The notes: generated by a model from the letters alone, not told the origin. Numbered from the stretch's first letter, positions 51,080 to 61,954 are shown. The stretch: 64,000 nt of DNA from an uncultured delta proteobacterium (GCA_963816395.1 CAWFKQ010000014.1:44311-108310); one strand, 5' to 3'. Made by a program: numbers and translations.

Positions 51080-51136
51080 CAATTCCATCGGACCGCTCCG
51101 TCGATCCGACGGCTCGATCCGATCAGAGGAAGGCCC

Positions 51137-51640
51137 ATGCACGCTGAAAAAGTGAAGCACGACTTCGAGCCGAAAATCATCGCTTTCGTCTGCACCTGGT
51201 GCACCTACGCCGGGGCCGACCTGGCCGGCACCAGCCGCCTGCAGTACCCCGCCAACGTCCGCCTGGTGAAGTTCCCCTGCACCGGGCGCATCGATCCGGT
51301 CTTCATCCTGCGCGCCTTCCAGAAGGGGGCCGACGGGGTTCTCGTCTCCGGCTGCCACCCGGGCGACTGCCACTACATGGCCGGCAATTTCCACGCCCGG
51401 CGCCGCTTCGCCGCTTTTCGCAAGCTGCTCGAATTCATCGGCGTCGACCTCTCCCGCCTGGAGTTTTCCTGGGTCTCGGCCGCCGAAGGGGGGAAGTGGG
51501 TGGAGGTGGTCACCGAACTGACCGAGCGGGTGCGGGAACTGGGCGTGATGGCCGAATTCAAGGAACTGGAACTGGAAGAGCAGTGGTCCGGGGCGCTCAC
51601 CGAGCCGGAACTGCAGGAGGCCTATCAGGCGATTCCGTAG
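51137..51640 (+). CDS. flxD: MvhD/FlxD [2Fe-2S] subunit
   Basis: FVCTWCTYAGADLAG, CTGRID, GADGV...GCHPGDCHY. Confidence 0.9.
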   Translation: MHAEKVKHDFEPKIIAFVCTWCTYAGADLAGTSRLQYPANVRLVKFPCTGRIDPVFILRAFQKGADGVLVSGCHPGDCHYMAGNFHARRRFAAFRKLLEFIGVDLSRLEFSWVSAAEGGKWVEVVTELTERVRELGVMAEFKELELEEQWSGALTEPELQEAYQAIP

Positions 51641-51721
51641 GGTGACACCCGCATCGTTGCAGCAAACCCTGGCCGCAGACCGGGGCTCAGCATGCCGTGC
51701 CATTACCGAGAGTGGAAAACC

Positions 51722-52661
51722 ATGATGAACACAGCAAAGAAAATCGAGGCGCCGGCGAATATCGAGGAGAGTTACGCCGCAGCCACCGAAGACATCCGCG
51801 CCGCAGCGAGCCCGACTCCTCGCCGAAGGGACAGTGGCGGCGGTGGTCGGCTACCGGGCCGGCCGGCGGCGGGGAACGGCGCTGCCGGTCATCGTCACGG
51901 CTGCCGAGCAGGCGAAAACTCTGATCTTCTCGCCGGACTGCCACAACAACCTCGCCCTTTACCTAAGCCGCAGCAAAAAAGAGGTGCGCCGGCAGGGAAA
52001 GCTGGCGGTGGTGGTCAAGGGGTGCGATCTGCGCGCCGTGGCCGGACTGATCGGCGAAAACCAGCTGCAGCGTGAAGACGTGGTGCTGCTGGGGGTCGCC
52101 TGCGCCGGGGTGGCGGGAAGGCAGGGAATGGGCGAAGGGTTCGGTGCCGACCGGCTGGCCGCCAAGTGCCGGCGCTGCACGGCGCAGTTTCCCGAGGGGG
52201 CCGATCAGGTGCTGGGCAGCCTCCCCGAACTGCCCGAGGCGGCCGACGAGATCGATGAGCTGGCGCGCCTGGAGGCGCTGAGTCCGGCCGAGCGCTGGCG
52301 CTTCTGGAAGGATCACTTCTCCCGCTGCACCCGCTGTTATGCCTGTCGCCAGGTCTGCCCCCTGTGCTACTGCGAGCAGTGCCTGTGCGACCGCAACCGC
52401 CCGCAGGCGGTGGAGAGCACTCCGCGGCCGGCCGGAAACATGGCCTGGCACATCGTGCGCGCCATGCACCTGGCCGGCCGCTGCGCCGGGTGTGCCGAAT
52501 GCGAGCGCGCCTGCCCCATGGAGATCCCCCTGCACCTGCTCAACCGAAAGATGGCCAAGGAACTCAAGGAACTCTACAACCATGAGGCCGGGTTCGCGCC
52601 GGTGGAGAAGGGACCCCTCAACGATTACCGGGAAGATGACGACCAGTCCTTCATCAAATAG
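51722..52661 (+). CDS. flxC: FlxC-like Fe-S protein; frameshift near 51810
   Basis: KGCD.R, CTRCYACRQVCPLCYC..C, HLAGRCAGCAECERACP. Confidence 0.82.
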
Positions 52662-52707
52662 ACTTTTGCCGCGGGGAGGCATGCTCTCCCCGACAACGGA
52701 ATGGACC

Positions 52708-53802
52708 ATGCCGAAAATGATTTCCGAACAGAACCTGCGCCTGCTGATCGATGCCCTGGTACAACAGGGAAAGCGGGTCGTCGGTCCGAAAGAGGCGGGG
52801 GGCGTCGCCCTCTACGCGCCGCTGGCGCAAGGGGATGAACTCGTCCTCGACCAGCTGCCGCGCCGCTCGGCCAAGGAAACGTTCCTGCCCCTGTGCGAAA
52901 CGATCCTGACCTATGAAAGGGATGCGCAGGGCGTGGCGGTCGCCGATGTCGACCCCGGCCGCTTTCCGGAGACGGTCCTGATCGGTACCCGCCCCTGCGA
53001 CGCCGCCGCCGCGCCGGTGCTCGACGCCGTCTTCTCCTGGGACTATCAGGATCCCTTTTTCCTCGAGCGGCGGCGGAAAACCACGGTCATCGGTCTTTCC
53101 TGCACCCAGGCCGATGACGCCTGTTTCTGCACGGCGGTGGGGCTTTCCCCCAGCGATGCCAAGGGCGCGGACCTCTTTCTCACCCCCCTCACGGGAGGCG
53201 GCTATCTCTGCCGGGCGCAAAACGCCAAGGGGGAGGCCCTGCTTGAAGCCCATGCCGGACTCTTTGCTCCGGAAAGCGGTGCCGAACCCCTCCCGCCCGC
53301 CGAGCCGGCCGTGCCACCGCTGGCCCTGGAGCAGATCCAGGGGTGGTTGGATAACCATTTCGAGGACCCTCTCTGGGGAGAGATCGCCGCGCGCTGCGCC
53401 GGCTGCGGCACCTGCGCCTTTCTCTGCCCGGCCTGTCACTGCTTCGACATCGTCGACGAGGGCAAAGAGCAATGCGGCGCCCGGCGCAAGAGCTGGGACT
53501 CCTGCGGCTTCGGCAAGTTCACCCATCACGCCTCCGGCCACAACCCGCGGGAGGTCCAGCCGCAGCGCTTTCGCAACCGGGTCATGCACAAGTTCAAGTA
53601 TTACCGGGACAAATTCGGGCAGACCCTGTGCACCGGCTGCGGCCGCTGCATCCGTGCCTGCCCGGTAGGGATCGACCTGGTCGAGGTGCTGGAGAAAATG
53701 AAAATCAAGCGAAGGTACAAGGTAGAGGCAAGGTTAAGGCGAAAGGCTCGATACGATATTGCACCCCGGGTCTATGCCTTATCCTTGAACCCAAAGCCTT
53801 AG
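52708..53802 (+). CDS. flxB: FlxB/AsrA-like 4Fe-4S protein
   Basis: GTRPCD, CAGCGTC...CP.C.CF, WDSC, HKF, CTGCGRC..ACP; C-terminal tail may be extended by a repeat. Confidence 0.85.
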   Translation: MPKMISEQNLRLLIDALVQQGKRVVGPKEAGGVALYAPLAQGDELVLDQLPRRSAKETFLPLCETILTYERDAQGVAVADVDPGRFPETVLIGTRPCDAAAAPVLDAVFSWDYQDPFFLERRRKTTVIGLSCTQADDACFCTAVGLSPSDAKGADLFLTPLTGGGYLCRAQNAKGEALLEAHAGLFAPESGAEPLPPAEPAVPPLALEQIQGWLDNHFEDPLWGEIAARCAGCGTCAFLCPACHCFDIVDEGKEQCGARRKSWDSCGFGKFTHHASGHNPREVQPQRFRNRVMHKFKYYRDKFGQTLCTGCGRCIRACPVGIDLVEVLEKMKIKRRYKVEARLRRKARYDIAPRVYALSLNPKP

Positions 53803-53821
53803 CCCAAACAGGATTTGACCT

Positions 53822-54667
53822 ATGTGCGACGCCAGCAAAAACATCTACCTCCCCCATCTCGCCACCATCGCGGAGATCATTCAGGAGACGGCGGACATCC
53901 GCACCCTGAAGCTGGTCTTCCAGGAGCAGCAGGTGCGCGAGAATTTTACCTTCCGCGCCGGGCAATTCGCCGAATATTCGGCCTTCGGCGCCGGTGAGTC
54001 GACCTTCTGCATCGCCTCCGCCCCCACCCGCCAGGGGTATATCGAATGCTGCTTCCGCGCCGTCGGCCGGGTCACCGGGGCGCTGCAATCGCTGGAGGTC
54101 GGCGATACTGTCGGCGTCCGCGGTCCCTATGGCAATTCCTTTCCGGTCGAGGAATTCTTCGGCAGGAACCTCGTCTTCGTCGCCGGCGGCATCGCCCTGC
54201 CGCCGCTGCGCACCCTGATCTGGCAATGCCTCGACTGGCGTGACAAATTCGGGGAGATCACCATCGTCTACGGCGCCCGCAGCGAGGCCGACCTGGTCTA
54301 CCAGCGCGAACTGCGGCAGTGGCAGGAGCGCGGGGACGTGCGCCTGGTGAAGACGGTGGACCCGGGGGGGAACGGCCCGCAATGGGACGGCAAGGTCGGC
54401 TTCGTGCCGACCGTGCTGGAGGAGGCGGCGCCCGGGGCGGAGACCGCCGTCGCCCTCGTCTGCGGGCCGCCGGTGATGATCAAGTTCACCCTGCCGGTGC
54501 TGGAGCGGCTCGGTTTCGCCGACGACGCCATCTACACCACCCTGGAGAACCGGATGAAATGCGGCCTCGGCAAGTGCGGCCGCTGCAACGTGGGGAATAT
54601 CTACGTCTGCAAGGACGGTCCGGTGTTTACCGCCGGCCAGGTCAAGGCGATGCCCCAGGAGTTCTAA
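53822..54667 (+). CDS. flxA: FlxA/AsrB-like FAD/NAD(P)-binding [2Fe-2S] protein
   Basis: RGPYGN.F, AGGIALPP, CGPP.M, MKCGLGKCGRC, CKDGPVF. Confidence 0.9.
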   Translation: MCDASKNIYLPHLATIAEIIQETADIRTLKLVFQEQQVRENFTFRAGQFAEYSAFGAGESTFCIASAPTRQGYIECCFRAVGRVTGALQSLEVGDTVGVRGPYGNSFPVEEFFGRNLVFVAGGIALPPLRTLIWQCLDWRDKFGEITIVYGARSEADLVYQRELRQWQERGDVRLVKTVDPGGNGPQWDGKVGFVPTVLEEAAPGAETAVALVCGPPVMIKFTLPVLERLGFADDAIYTTLENRMKCGLGKCGRCNVGNIYVCKDGPVFTAGQVKAMPQEF

Positions 54668-54704
54668 GGGACGCCTGAGGAAAGCAATCGCTTCCAGAAG
54701 ACGA

Positions 54705-54740
54705 ACAAGGGGAGCGGCCGGATGCGGCCGCTCCCCTTGT
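54705..54740 (+). terminator. Hairpin after flxA
   Basis: ACAAGGGGAGCGGCCG-GATG-CGGCCGCTCCCCTTGT. Confidence 0.7.
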
Positions 54741-54833
54741 CATTGCCTTCGTCGGCTCCGAAATCGGCCGGAGCCGGTCGCGGCCGGGCAGGAGCCTTTC
54801 CCTCCACAGGGTGGGGAAGCAGAACCCGAATCT

Positions 54834-55649
54834 TCAGTCCCGCAAATGCCGGCCGGTAAGGTGAAGAAAAACCCCCTCCAGGGAAGCGCACCCGGGGTGA
54901 GCGGCAATCAGCTCGCTGGGGGCGCCTTCGGCGATGATCCGCCCGGCGTCCATGATCGCCACCCGGGTGCAGAGCTGCTGAGCCTCTTCCATGAAAGGGG
55001 TGCAGTAGACGATCGTCACCCCCACCTGCCGCAGCCGGCCGAGGTAGTCCAGGATCAGGCTGCGCGACTGGGGATCGACACCCACCGTCGGCTCATCAAG
55101 AAAGAGGAAGCGCGGCCGGTGCAGGATGGCTAATGCCAGGTTGGCCAGGCGTTTTATGCTGCCGGAGCAGTCTGTTATCCGCCGGTCGGCGTGCTCGTCC
55201 AGGCGCATCGTGTCCAGGACGGCCGCCACCCGCTCCTCCAGATCGAGTCCGCGCAACCCCCGCAGGCGGCCGAAGTAGCGCAGGTTCCTGCGCACCGTCA
55301 GACGCGGGTAGAGAGCGGTCTCCTGCGGTACCAGACCGATCAGGCGCCGTACCTCGCGGGGATTTTCCGTCACGTCGAAGCCGTCGATGACCACCGTCCC
55401 GGCGTTCGGTCGCAGCAGAGTGCACATGACGGAGATGGCGGTCGATTTGCCGGCGCCTTTGGGGCCAAGCAGGCCGAGCACCTCTCCTTCCCCGACGGCC
55501 ATTTCCAGGCCGTCCACCGCCGGCCGGGTGCTGCCTTGGTATGCTTTGACCAGCCCGCGGACCTCAATGACCAGAGGGCGCAGCGGTTCACGCCCGGACT
55601 CCGGCAGCGGCAGCGCGGCCGGTTGCAGAACGGGTTCCCTCTTCTTCAC
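54834..55649 (-). CDS. Orphan ABC-2 type ATP-binding protein with degenerate motifs
   Basis: GPKGAGKST and LDEPTVGVDP present; signature CSGSI and H-loop CTPF are altered; no permease gene adjacent. Confidence 0.75.
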   Translation of the reverse strand: MKKREPVLQPAALPLPESGREPLRPLVIEVRGLVKAYQGSTRPAVDGLEMAVGEGEVLGLLGPKGAGKSTAISVMCTLLRPNAGTVVIDGFDVTENPREVRRLIGLVPQETALYPRLTVRRNLRYFGRLRGLRGLDLEERVAAVLDTMRLDEHADRRITDCSGSIKRLANLALAILHRPRFLFLDEPTVGVDPQSRSLILDYLGRLRQVGVTIVYCTPFMEEAQQLCTRVAIMDAGRIIAEGAPSELIAAHPGCASLEGVFLHLTGRHLRD

Positions 55650-55854
55650 CGGATCACCTCCCCCAGTTCGCAGTACAGGGTGGTCTCCCCTCACCGCCCT
55701 GCCGCAGCAGGGCGAAATTGCGCCAGTGTCGCCGCCGGGGCCTGCATGCGGATCAGATCTCCCGGGTATTGACGGCTGGAGCCTCCGTGAAAAGCTAAAA
55801 GCCCGCCAGGGAATCGGCAGGCCTTAATCTCCAATTGCAGGGAACAGCGCCGCT

Positions 55855-56445
55855 CTACCGGCCGCCTTGCTTCAAGTCAATCAGGATCCGCTTGGCAACC
55901 GCCTTGAGAGTCTCGAAAACTCCCTCGCCGGTGGTGGCACAGGCCTCATAGTCGGGAACGCTGTCGGGATTGAGCAGTTGGCGCAACTCTGCCACCGTGG
56001 TGACATTGGGCAGGTCGCGCTTGTTGTACTGAATGACGAAGGGGATCTTCTCCAGCTGATAGCCTTGCTCCTCCAGGTTGACCTTGAGGTTTTCCATACT
56101 CTCGATATTGGCATCCAGGCGCTCTTCCTGCGAGTCGGCGACGAACACCATGCCATCCACCCCCTTGAGAATCAGTTTGCGGGAAGCGTCGTAGAAGACC
56201 TGGCCAGGAACCGTATAGAGATGGAAGCGGGTTTTGAAGCCGCGGATCTCGCCGAGGGCGAGGGGGAGAAAGTCGAAGAAGAGGGTGCGCTCGGTCTCGG
56301 TGGCCAGGGAGATCATCTTCCCCTTGGCCTCAGGCGCGGTCTTCTGATAGACGTACTGCAGATTCGTGGTCTTGCCGCAGAGTCCAGGCCCGTAATAGAC
56401 GATCTTGCAGTTTATCTCGCGCGAGGCGTAGTTGATGAAAGACAT
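55855..56445 (-). CDS. mglA: MglA small GTPase
   Basis: [39 protein letters not shown]. Confidence 0.96.
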   Translation of the reverse strand: MSFINYASREINCKIVYYGPGLCGKTTNLQYVYQKTAPEAKGKMISLATETERTLFFDFLPLALGEIRGFKTRFHLYTVPGQVFYDASRKLILKGVDGMVFVADSQEERLDANIESMENLKVNLEEQGYQLEKIPFVIQYNKRDLPNVTTVAELRQLLNPDSVPDYEACATTGEGVFETLKAVAKRILIDLKQGGR

Positions 56446-56459
56446 GCTTCCCTATCCCG

Positions 56460-56958
56460 TCAGTTGAAGAGATTGTCGATGTCGTCGTCGGTAATCTCGG
56501 CAAAGGGGCTCTGGGAATTGCCGCCTTTCTCCATCTCTTCCGCCTTTTTGGCCAGGTCGTAGAAGATCGTCCCCAGCTCGTCGCTGCTCTTCTTCACCCG
56601 CAGGCGTACCAGACCGAGAGAGCTGCGGTTGTCGAAAATGACCACCAGAATCACGCGGCCCGCCGACGATGGAAAGGTGCAGGTTGTCTTTTTCTCCCTC
56701 GTGGAAAAGGATGGAGAATTCCTTCTCCCCGATCAGCTTGGCCAGGCCGCCGGTGGCGGCGATATTCCCGGCCGTCAGGGAGGCCAGACTGGTGGTGTCC
56801 AGATGCTCGGTAGCACCGGTGGAGGCAATCAGCTGGCCGTTTTTGTCCACCAGAAAGATCACCTTGGCGTTCGAGTCGCGCAGCAGTTTTTCGATAACGC
56901 CGCTTATTCTCTTGAACTCCTCGTCGTACATGACGAAGGAAGACTGGTGACCGAACAT
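56460..56958 (-). CDS. mglB: MglB roadblock/GAP protein; frameshift near 56660
   Basis: VMYDEEF, FLVDKNGQLI, SLASLTAGN, SLGLVRLR, FAEITDDDIDNLF. Confidence 0.93.
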
Positions 56959-57063
56959 CCGCTAACTCCTTCCAGGGATTGGCGCGCCAGAGGCCTTTAT
57001 AACATTAACGCCACGGCCTATCAAGGGTTTTCAGGCGCCCCCGAATGGCCGCCTGCTGCAGAC

Positions 57064-57101
57064 AAAAAAGCTCCCGGCGCCATAACGCCGGGAGCTTTTT
57101 T
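57064..57101. terminator. Intrinsic terminator after por
   Basis: AAAAAAGCTCCCGGCG...CGCCGGGAGCTTTTTT. Confidence 0.88.
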
Positions 57102-57118
57102 GCCGAAAAGACTGCCGT

Positions 57119-60100
57119 TTACTTCTTGACTCCGCAGTCGGCCTGCATCTCGGCCAGTTTCCGGTACAGGTCAAAACGGGTGGCCGTGACCTTGTTGGCC
57201 TCCTGCATCAGCTTGCCCGCCACTTCGGGATTGGCCTTCTTGAGCACCCGGTAGCGGTTCTGCCGCTGGGCATAGTCTTCGAACGTCAGGGTCGGCTCCT
57301 TGCTGTCGAGCTGCAGGGGGTTTTTGCCCTGCTCCGACAGCCGCGGATCGTAGCGGAAGAGCGGCCAATGACCGGAAGCGACCGCCTGTTTGCAGCCTTC
57401 CACCGCCGCGGCCATGTCGATGCCGTGGGCGATGCAGTGGGAGTAGGCGATGATCAGCGACGGTCCGGGGTAGGAATCGGCTTCGAGCATGGCCTTGACC
57501 ACCTGCCCGGGATTGGCCAGGGAGACCTTGGCGACATAAATGTTGCCGTAGGTCATGGCGATCATCCCCAGGTCTTTTTTCGGCATGCGCTTGCCGCCGG
57601 CGGCGAACTGGGCCACGGCGCCGAGCGGGGTCGATTTGGAGGCCTGGCCGCCGGTGTTGGAATAAACCTCGGTGTCGAGGACCAGGACATTGACGTTCTC
57701 GCCAGAGGCCAGGACATGGTCGAGGCCGCCGTAGCCGATGTCGTAGGCCCAGCCGTCGCCGCCAACGATCCACACCGATTTCTGCGCCAGGTAGTCGGCC
57801 ACGGAGAGCAGCTGCTTCGACTCGGCATCGGGACAGTTGCGCAGGCCTTCCTTGAGCTTGGCCACCCGCTGGCGCTGCGCTTCGACCCCTGCCTGGGTCG
57901 ACTGGTCGGCCGCTTTGATCTCGCCGACCAGTTCCTTCAGGCCGGCGATTCTCCCGAAATGGTCGGCCGGAATGCGCTCGAGCAGTTCGAGGGCGAAGGC
58001 GTTGAACTTGTCCACCGCCAGGCGCATGCCGAAACCGAATTCGGCGTTGTCCTCAAACAGGGAATTGCTCCAGGCCGGCCCCAGACCGTCCTTACGGGTG
58101 GTCCAGGGAGTGGTGGGCAGGTTGCCGCCGTAGATGGAGGTACATCCCGTGGCGTTGGCAATCAGCATGCGATCGCCGAAGAGCTGGGAGGCGACCTTAA
58201 GGAACGGCGTCTCCCCGCAGCCGGCGCAGGCGCCGGAGAATTCGAACATCGGCTCCAGGAACTGGCTCCCCTTGAGGGTGGCGCGGTTGATCAGGGCCGG
58301 ATCGGTGTTGGGCAGGTCGAGGAAAAAGTCCCAGTTCTTCGCCTCCGGCTCGCGCAGAGGGGCCTGGAACTGCATGTTGATCGCCTTGTGGTTGGGGTCC
58401 TCTTTGCTCTTGGCCGGGCAGTTGAAGACGCAGGCGCCGCAGCCGGTGCAGTCCTCGGGCGCCACCTGCAGGGTGAACTTCTTGCCGGCCAGTTCCTTGC
58501 CCTTGGCGTCGACCGATTTGAAGGTTTCGGGGGCGCCCTGCAGGTTTTCCGCATCGTAAACCTTCATGCGGATGGTGGCATGCGGGCAGACGAAGGAGCA
58601 GATGCCGCACTGGATGCAGATTTCCTTATCCCACACCGGGATATTGACCGCGATGTTGCGCTTCTCGTATTTGGCCGTACCGGTGGGGAAGGTCCCGTCG
58701 GCGGGCATGGCCGAGACGGGAAGCCGATCGCCCTTGCCGTCGATGATCGGGCCGAGAGAATCGCGCACAAAGGATGGGGGATTGCCCGGCAGCCCCACTT
58801 TCATCCGAATGGGGCTGTCGGCGACGGCCGGGACCTGAACCTGCTCGACGTTATCCAGGCCGGCATCGACCGCCTTGTTGTTCATGGCCACCACCTTCTC
58901 GCCGGCCTTGCCGTAGCTCTTGACGATGGCATCGCGGATTTCATTCACCGCCAGATCGAGGGGGATGATGTTGGATATTTTGAAAAAAGCGGTCTGCATG
59001 ATGACGTTGATACGGGGACCGAGACCGATCTCGTTGCCCAGGCGCACGCCGTCGATGACGTAGAGCTTGAGCTGCTTGTCGATAATCTGCTGCTGAACCT
59101 CGCAGGGCAGGTTGGCCCAGACTTCGTCCTTGCCGAAAGGGCAGTTGAGCAGGAAGGTCGCCCCGGATTTGGCGCGAGAGAGCATATCGTACTTCTCCAG
59201 GAAGGAGAAGTTGTGGCAGGCAATGAAATCGGCGCTGTCGATGAGGTAGGGGGAGCGGATCTCCTGCTGCCCGAAGCGCAGGTGACTGGTGGTCACGCTG
59301 CCGGCCTTCTTGGAGTCATAGACGAAGTAGGCCTGGACGTAGTTGTCGGTGGTCTCACCGATAATCTTGATGGAGTTCTTGTTGGCGCCCACCGTGCCGT
59401 CGGAGCCGAGGCCGTAGAACATGGCCGCATAGATCTTCTCGGCGGGCACTTTGTAGCCTTCATCGAAGGGAAGGCTGGTGCCGGCCACGTCGTCCTTGAT
59501 GCCGACGGTGAAATGGTTCTTCGGCTTGTCCAGGGACAAATTGTCGAAGACCGCCTTGGCCATGCCGGGGGAGAATTCGTAGGAACCGAGGCCGTAACGG
59601 CCGCCGACGATCTTCGGGTAGTCGGGGAAGGAGACCAGGCCGTCAGCCATGGCCTCACCAATGGCGGTGCGCACATTTTGATAGAGGGGCTCGCCCAGCG
59701 AACCCGGCTCCTTGGTGCGGTCGAGAACGGCAATCCGCCTCACCGTTCCCGGCAGGGCCTTCACCAGGGCGGCGGTATCGAAGGGAAGAAAGAGGCGGAC
59801 CTTCAGCAGACCGACCTTTTCTCCCTGGCCGACCAGGTGGTCCACCAATTCCTGGGCGGTGTCGGTGGCCGATCCCATGACCACGATGACGCGCTCCGCG
59901 TCAGGGGCGCCGACGTAATCGAAGAGATTGTACCGGCGGCCGGTCAGCTTGGCGAATTTGTCCATCTCGGCCTGGACGATTTCCGGAATCGCCTCGTAAT
60001 ATTTGTTCACCGTCTCGCGCCCCTGGAAATAAACATCCGGATTCTGCGCAGTGCCGCGCATGAAGGGGTGATCGGGAGAGAGGGCGCGGGCGCGGTGGGC

Positions 60101-60703
60101 GCGCACCAGGTCATCATCGATCATGTGGCGCATGTCGTCATAGGAAAGCGCCTCAACCTTCTGCACCTCGTGCGAGGTGCGGAAGCCATCGAAGAAATGC
60201 AGAAACGGCACGCGGGAGCGCAGGGTCGCAGCCTGGGCGATGAGAGCGAAATCCATCGCCTCCTGGACATTGTTGCTGCACAGGAAGGCCCAGCCCGTGG
60301 AGCGGCAGGTCATGACGTCAGAATGGTCGCCGAAGATCGACAGGGCCTGGGCGGCAATGGCCCGGGCGGAGACATGGAAAACCGTGGAGGTCAATTCGCC
60401 GGCGATCTTGAACATGTTCGGGACCATCAGCAGCAATCCCTGGGAGGCCGTGAAGGTGGTGGTCAGAGCCCCACCCTGCAGGGCTCCGTGCACAGCCCCG
60501 GCCGCTCCCCCTTCCGACTGCATTTCCACCACCTTGGGGACCGTTCCCCAGATGTTGCGCTCGCCAACCGCGCTCTTGGCATCGGAAATCTCCCCCATGA
60601 CCGACGAAGGGGTGATCGGATAGATGGCGATGACCTCGTTGGTGGCATGGGCGACGTGCGCCGCGGCCGTGTTGCCGTCAATGGTTACCATTTTTCGTGA
60701 CAT
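57119..60703 (-). CDS. por: Pyruvate:ferredoxin (flavodoxin) oxidoreductase
   Basis: IYPITPS, EMQSEGGA, two 4Fe-4S motifs, FSGACAGCGE, GGDGWAYDIG, YSNTGGQ. Confidence 0.97.
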   Translation of the reverse strand: MSRKMVTIDGNTAAAHVAHATNEVIAIYPITPSSVMGEISDAKSAVGERNIWGTVPKVVEMQSEGGAAGAVHGALQGGALTTTFTASQGLLLMVPNMFKIAGELTSTVFHVSARAIAAQALSIFGDHSDVMTCRSTGWAFLCSNNVQEAMDFALIAQAATLRSRVPFLHFFDGFRTSHEVQKVEALSYDDMRHMIDDDLVRAHRARALSPDHPFMRGTAQNPDVYFQGRETVNKYYEAIPEIVQAEMDKFAKLTGRRYNLFDYVGAPDAERVIVVMGSATDTAQELVDHLVGQGEKVGLLKVRLFLPFDTAALVKALPGTVRRIAVLDRTKEPGSLGEPLYQNVRTAIGEAMADGLVSFPDYPKIVGGRYGLGSYEFSPGMAKAVFDNLSLDKPKNHFTVGIKDDVAGTSLPFDEGYKVPAEKIYAAMFYGLGSDGTVGANKNSIKIIGETTDNYVQAYFVYDSKKAGSVTTSHLRFGQQEIRSPYLIDSADFIACHNFSFLEKYDMLSRAKSGATFLLNCPFGKDEVWANLPCEVQQQIIDKQLKLYVIDGVRLGNEIGLGPRINVIMQTAFFKISNIIPLDLAVNEIRDAIVKSYGKAGEKVVAMNNKAVDAGLDNVEQVQVPAVADSPIRMKVGLPGNPPSFVRDSLGPIIDGKGDRLPVSAMPADGTFPTGTAKYEKRNIAVNIPVWDKEICIQCGICSFVCPHATIRMKVYDAENLQGAPETFKSVDAKGKELAGKKFTLQVAPEDCTGCGACVFNCPAKSKEDPNHKAINMQFQAPLREPEAKNWDFFLDLPNTDPALINRATLKGSQFLEPMFEFSGACAGCGETPFLKVASQLFGDRMLIANATGCTSIYGGNLPTTPWTTRKDGLGPAWSNSLFEDNAEFGFGMRLAVDKFNAFALELLERIPADHFGRIAGLKELVGEIKAADQSTQAGVEAQRQRVAKLKEGLRNCPDAESKQLLSVADYLAQKSVWIVGGDGWAYDIGYGGLDHVLASGENVNVLVLDTEVYSNTGGQASKSTPLGAVAQFAAGGKRMPKKDLGMIAMTYGNIYVAKVSLANPGQVVKAMLEADSYPGPSLIIAYSHCIAHGIDMAAAVEGCKQAVASGHWPLFRYDPRLSEQGKNPLQLDSKEPTLTFEDYAQRQNRYRVLKKANPEVAGKLMQEANKVTATRFDLYRKLAEMQADCGVKK

Positions 60704-60874
60704 GGTTTTCTCCTTTGCCTGGCTTATTTGGAAATGGCCGTCGGGGAGGAAAATCGGGGGGCGCCGATCATCCGCCGCTCGAACGAAAAAAATGACTCCT
60801 GGTTTCGAGACTTTATGGTAGGGGAAAGCAAATCTTCCGGGAAAAACGGTAGTATACGTTGAAAAAACAAAGTT

Positions 60875-61486
60875 TCAACCGGGGGAAAAGATTTCCCGGC
60901 GCCCTTCCACCGCCCGGTTCACGGTGGCTTCATCGACATATTCGAGCTCGCTTCCCATGGGAATGCCGTGCGCCGGCCGGGTAATTCGAATGCCGAGGGG
61001 ATGGATGAGCCGGGCCAGATAAAGCGCGGTGGCATCCCCTTCGATGCTGAAATTGGTGGCGACCAGAACCTCCTTCACTCTTCCCTCCCGAAGCCGCTGC
61101 AGCAGCCCGGCGATCCTGAGCTCTTCGGGACCGATCCCATCCAGCGGGGAGAGCGCGCCGTGCAAAACATGGTACCGGCCGCGGAAGGACCGGCTGCGCT
61201 CAATGGCGATCAGGTCCTGCGGCTCTTCGACCACACACAGCAGATGCTCGTCCCGGCGGGGGTCGGAGCAGAGCGGACAGGGATCGTTTTCGGTGATGTT
61301 GAAACAGACCGAACAGAACCGGATGCGTTCCTTAATTGCCCGGATCGCCTCTGCCAGTCCTTCGGCTTCGGCGGCTGGCTGCCGCAGCAGGAAAAAGGCC
61401 AGCCGGGTAGCTGTTTTCGTCCCGATTCCCGGGAACTTGGCCAGTTCAGCGATCAGCCGGGCAAAAGACGGGACGGAGTCTATCAT
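60875..61486 (-). CDS. recR: Recombination mediator RecR
   Basis: PGIGTKTA HhH, C4 zinc finger, CVVE, YHVLHG.LSP.DG. Confidence 0.96.
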   Translation of the reverse strand: MIDSVPSFARLIAELAKFPGIGTKTATRLAFFLLRQPAAEAEGLAEAIRAIKERIRFCSVCFNITENDPCPLCSDPRRDEHLLCVVEEPQDLIAIERSRSFRGRYHVLHGALSPLDGIGPEELRIAGLLQRLREGRVKEVLVATNFSIEGDATALYLARLIHPLGIRITRPAHGIPMGSELEYVDEATVNRAVEGRREIFSPG

Positions 61487-61610
61487 GGGCGGTATAAAAA
61501 ATCCATTGTTTTAAAAACTCGTTCTATCTTCTTGAAGGCGGGGGACAAGTGGTCTGACCATTTATAGGCATATTCCACGAATCCGCCTGTCGAATCAAGG
61601 CTTGCCTGGG

Positions 61611-61925
61611 TTAAAACATCCCGGGGATGTTCAAACCGCCGGTTACCCGGCCCATCTCCTCCTGTACCATATCCTGGCTTTTCTTGATCGCCTCGTTCAC
61701 GGCGGCTGCCACCAGGTCCTGCAGCATTTCCACGTCTTCCGGATCGACCACGCTTTTTTCGATCTTCAGCGACAGCAGTTTCTGCTTGCCGTTGACCACC
61801 GCAGTCACCATGCCGCCACCGGCCGAGGCTTCCACCTGGCGGTTCTCCAGTTCCTGCTGCAACCGCGCCATCTTCTGCTGCATCAACTGCGCTTGTTTCA
61901 TGATGTTGCCGAGACCCTTGGACAT
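61611..61925 (-). CDS. ybaB: YbaB/EbfC nucleoid-associated protein
   Basis: MKQAQ.MQ, AGGGMV, D.EMLQDLV.AA.N. Confidence 0.95.
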   Translation of the reverse strand: MSKGLGNIMKQAQLMQQKMARLQQELENRQVEASAGGGMVTAVVNGKQKLLSLKIEKSVVDPEDVEMLQDLVAAAVNEAIKKSQDMVQEEMGRVTGGLNIPGMF

Positions 61926-61954
61926 ATCCAGCTCCTTTTTAGTATCCTTCGATT

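Noticed and set aside
49081..51640. Selenocysteine recoding in HdrA or MvhD/FlxD
   Set aside because: No in-frame TGA at the conserved Cys positions; all read as Cys
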